From positions 32,001-96,000 of the forward strand of contig JAZDPL010000073.1 of the NCBI GenBank assembly GCA_043797665.1: DNA of 64,000 nt. Direction: 5' to 3'. Under the pieces are notes generated by a model. That model had not been told where the DNA came from and ran no database searches. It was given only the letters and a program-made list of their open reading frames with translations. A program made the position numbers and the translations under genes. This DNA is from Candidatus Omnitrophota bacterium. Its GTDB lineage: Bacteria; Ratteibacteria; UBA8468; MWAK01. Shown one piece after another: positions 60,874 through 64,000 of the stretch (positions within the stretch are counted from its first letter, which is position 1; every line of letters begins with the position of its first letter).

Positions 60874-61866
60874 TTACGTAATTTTGATTAACACCTTACA
60901 ATAAAACATTTCCTTACGCCACATCTTTTCAATTATCTCCGGACCTTCTTCTATGGGAATCCGCTGAGTAATCATAGGCTGGAAATTAAAACTACCGGAC
61001 TGAAGATGGCTATAAATCAGTTTTTCCTCTCCCCGGATATCATAACCCCAGCAACCTCTTAAGTCAACCTCTTTGCGCATAATCTTTTCAAAGATTGTCA
61101 GGGGCAGGACCGTATCCTTGGTGTCCCGGCCGACCACCGTAATCGTCCCTTTTGGCGCAGATTTTCCCACCGCAGAAATCAAGGCTTTTCCGGAGCCCGC
61201 CGCCTCAAAGACCAGGTCGAAATTATCCAACCTTTGAAAAAGGTCTGAGGCCGGATTGATTACATTTTCAAAACCACAGTTTTGGGCAATCCGGAGCGAT
61301 TCCTCTCTGATATCTGCCACCCAGATTTCACCCGCACCTAAAATCCTTGCCCACTGGCTGATGAGGAGTCCGATGGTGCCGGCTCCAAAGACCAGTACCC
61401 GCTCCTTCCCTTTCAGACCGGCACGCCTTGCCGTATAGAGCGCCACTAACAACGGTTCTAAAAACGCGCCTTCTTCCAGGGAAAAGTTTTCCGGCAGCGG
61501 GAAGAGGTTCTGGTTGGGAACAAGGCAGTATTCCGCAAAGCCGCCGTCCCGGCGGGAGCCCAGAAAATCGTATTTCTCGCAATGGAACGGACCCAGCCGG
61601 CAGCCGGGACATTTTCCGCAGGGAATAATAGGCAGCACCGCCACTTTTCTTCCCCTCTCCGCAACATTTTCAACTGTGCCGGCAAACTCGTGGCCCGGGA
61701 TAAGCGGGTGGCAATAGGCGCCGGTCTGCATAATCCTGGGCAGGTCAGAACCGCAGATACCGGAGGCAGCCACCTTAACCAGCGTCCATCCGTCTTTCGG
61801 GTCAGGCTGGGCCCGGTCCGGCTCAAACCTGAGGTCTCCCGGAGCATGCAAAACCAACGCCTTCAT
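60874..61866 (-). CDS. Zn-dependent dehydrogenase, galactitol-1-phosphate 5-dehydrogenase-like
   Basis: GICGSDLPR, GHEFAG, CGKCPGC...CEKYDFLGSRRDGGFAEY, GAGTIG. Confidence 0.85.
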   Translation of the reverse strand: MKALVLHAPGDLRFEPDRAQPDPKDGWTLVKVAASGICGSDLPRIMQTGAYCHPLIPGHEFAGTVENVAERGRKVAVLPIIPCGKCPGCRLGPFHCEKYDFLGSRRDGGFAEYCLVPNQNLFPLPENFSLEEGAFLEPLLVALYTARRAGLKGKERVLVFGAGTIGLLISQWARILGAGEIWVADIREESLRIAQNCGFENVINPASDLFQRLDNFDLVFEAAGSGKALISAVGKSAPKGTITVVGRDTKDTVLPLTIFEKIMRKEVDLRGCWGYDIRGEEKLIYSHLQSGSFNFQPMITQRIPIEEGPEIIEKMWRKEMFYCKVLIKIT

Positions 61867-63995
61867 CGGTAGTCAAGTGCTAACATCATAAAGGTGTTGA
61901 GTTTAGGTACGCCAAACTCAACGTATCCATCCGTTAATTTATACTTTAAAATTTTTTCATCAGGCAGGACGACCAACCTAATCCCCCTTCTCCCCCTTTG
62001 CAAAAGGGGGATTGAGGGGGATTTCAATTTCAGACTGATTTTTATTCCCGCTACCGGAATATTGGGAAGTTCCTTCTGGAAGTTAAGAAGATTGATAAGG
62101 TAACGTCTTTTTTTTCTCTGGTGGAAGGTGGTAACCTCGACTGATTTTGGAGCCTCGGCTTCCAGGCTGTAGGAACTGACCAGAAGTTTCAGAAATCGGC
62201 TGAAGATATCCCGGTGGATATCCAATTCACTGCTTTCTATTTCGCCGGCAGCGTAAAGCACTTTTCCTTTCCCGAATTTGTTGAATACTACCGCTGGTTG
62301 GTCTGTCTGGACACCTGGCGGGTTGCTGTGGATGGAGGCGAACCGGGTGGTATCAGCCGGGTTCGTGTAGGGAAGGACCAGATAACCTAAAACCTTTGCC
62401 CCGGGCAAGGCTTTTACCTTCATCTGGTACGAATCTAAACCCACCGGATACTTCTGCGAGAAGTCTGCAAACTTCTGCGAGAAATCAGCAAAAAGGTCTT
62501 GTGACCCTTCTGCAGGTGCGATATAGGTAAACCTCTCTTTTGTTTCACCTGCATACGAGACGCCAAAAAGGTCAGCCAGGAGGAAATCCTTCTGCCTTAC
62601 TCCATCTTTGGTAAGGAGAGAGGTATATTTACTGGCGTAGAGGGTTCCGCCGGACCGGACGTATTCCCTGATGGCGGAGGCCTCCTCCTTATCCATCATC
62701 AGGACGTTAGGAAGAACAAGCATCTTGTACCGGGAAAGTTCGTTAATCCGTTTTTTGGTTATGATGCCAAAAGGAATATGGTTATTGATGAGCGTTTTAC
62801 AGACGTTCACCGCACCGTCTACGTGGGGCATCTTTGAAGAAAGTGGTGAATTCCCGGTTTGAACATTCTCTAACGACTTGCCGTTATCCGCAAAGTCGCA
62901 TTTTGATTCGGTACTCAGGTAAATCGCAACGTCCTGAACCATCTCGCCGCCTAAATACAGTTCGTAGACCTTAGTTTCTTCAAAGACATCGTGCATCTTC
63001 TGATAGACCGCCGGATTCAGGGTTCCGACCGGGTCGACGGCATCGATAAAGATGAAGGTACCTCCGTCAGCCAGGGCAGCGCAGGCTTTAGTTTGTAATA
63101 GTTCTTTTGACTTCATCCCGGTGTGGTAACCTAAGTTAACGCAGATGGAGGTTTCAAAACCGTAAGGCAGGTTTTCGCTCAAATTATAAAACAATTTTCG
63201 GGCGAATGAACCCTGCAGGGCATCACCGTAAAAGTCACCCTGAAGGAAATCACACTGCCGGGTCATGGGATGAGTCACTCCCAGCACCCAGGACTGATTA
63301 TAGGTGGACGCCTGATGTTCCACCGTAACTTCAGGTTTGAGTTTCTTGACGGTACTGGTCATTAGGGTAGCGAAGTCAACCAGCCACTCCTCCCGTTTAC
63401 GCTGGAAACTTACCCAGACCGGGTCTTCCCAGTTAATCACCCTGGGCAGACTGCCACCAACCTCCCGGGCAAACCTTTTCTGGCAGTAAGGGCAGTAACA
63501 TATCGCGGGCCAGAAGGTCATATCAAACCGTATCCCTTCAAAATCAAAATCTTGACAGATTTCTTTTGCGATACCGGACGCATAGTTCCGGTAAGGACTG
63601 TTAGGACAGCAGAGTCCGTATCTGCTTTTCTCGGCGCGGCTGGTTCCGTCCACATCTACGACGTGCCAGTCGGGGTGGGTCCGGAAAGCTGATGTATCAA
63701 AGATAACGCTGTAATAGACCACCACGTAAATACCTTTTCGGTGGCACTCTTCAATCACCTCCGCCAGAATATTCCTTCCTTTCAGGCCCCGGTGCATCTG
63801 GCCGAGCCTGGTGGGGAAGTAACAGAGTCCGGCGTGGGAGTGGGCATGGATCACCGCAGACTGAACCTGTGCCAAAGCCATCATTTCCGCGTACTTTTTC
63901 GGGTCAAACTCAGACATAAACCTTGCATCCCAGTCAGCAATGTGCATATCAACCACATTTCTGCGATACGCCTTCTGATACCACTTCTTCTTCAT
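61863..63995 (-). CDS. Putative glycoside hydrolase (GHL6-like) with a trimerisation-like domain
   Basis: RRNVVDMHI.DW, HAHSHAGLCYFPT, CPNSPYR, GIRFDM, CYCPYC, LVLPNVLMM; contains an in-frame repeat and a 7-aa tandem duplication. Confidence 0.72.
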   Translation of the reverse strand: MKKKWYQKAYRRNVVDMHIADWDARFMSEFDPKKYAEMMALAQVQSAVIHAHSHAGLCYFPTRLGQMHRGLKGRNILAEVIEECHRKGIYVVVYYSVIFDTSAFRTHPDWHVVDVDGTSRAEKSRYGLCCPNSPYRNYASGIAKEICQDFDFEGIRFDMTFWPAICYCPYCQKRFAREVGGSLPRVINWEDPVWVSFQRKREEWLVDFATLMTSTVKKLKPEVTVEHQASTYNQSWVLGVTHPMTRQCDFLQGDFYGDALQGSFARKLFYNLSENLPYGFETSICVNLGYHTGMKSKELLQTKACAALADGGTFIFIDAVDPVGTLNPAVYQKMHDVFEETKVYELYLGGEMVQDVAIYLSTESKCDFADNGKSLENVQTGNSPLSSKMPHVDGAVNVCKTLINNHIPFGIITKKRINELSRYKMLVLPNVLMMDKEEASAIREYVRSGGTLYASKYTSLLTKDGVRQKDFLLADLFGVSYAGETKERFTYIAPAEGSQDLFADFSQKFADFSQKYPVGLDSYQMKVKALPGAKVLGYLVLPYTNPADTTRFASIHSNPPGVQTDQPAVVFNKFGKGKVLYAAGEIESSELDIHRDIFSRFLKLLVSSYSLEAEAPKSVEVTTFHQRKKRRYLINLLNFQKELPNIPVAGIKISLKLKSPSIPLLQRGRRGIRLVVLPDEKILKYKLTDGYVEFGVPKLNTFMMLALDYR

Positions 63996-64000
63996 TCCCC

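Overview
Bacterial chromosomal window in which housekeeping genes (tRNA-Glu, pilD, recG, pcm, acyP, yjbQ, ligA, xerD, valS) alternate with large accessory carbohydrate-utilisation blocks. These blocks carry GH29 x2, GH2-, GH42-, GH39-, GH106- and GH78-like hydrolases, CBM9-like proteins, GntR/LacI hybrid regulators, URO-D-family proteins and a polyol/sugar-phosphate catabolic operon. Two of them contain a prepilin-type (DUF1559 / H-X9-DG) gene and no recognisable SusC/D or ABC importer; a large polytopic DUF6785-like membrane protein lies next to one. I saw no CRISPR array, rRNA, transposase or reverse transcriptase. Structure read directly from the DNA: (1) an ~11 kb sugar island bracketed by separate copies of the 5' end and the 3' end of the neighbouring xerD; (2) a wHTH-HATPase-STAS gene flanked on both sides by a 44-bp repeat of three equally spaced TTGACA boxes; (3) at least five families of short palindromic repeats, including GTAG-REP doublets, several inserted in frame into proteins (XerD, ValS, two hydrolase-like proteins); (4) a 26-32 bp hairpin mini-element that sits repeatedly at the same position inside other repeats; (5) many apparently leaderless promoters. 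Family assignments are by motif recognition only; no database searches were run.
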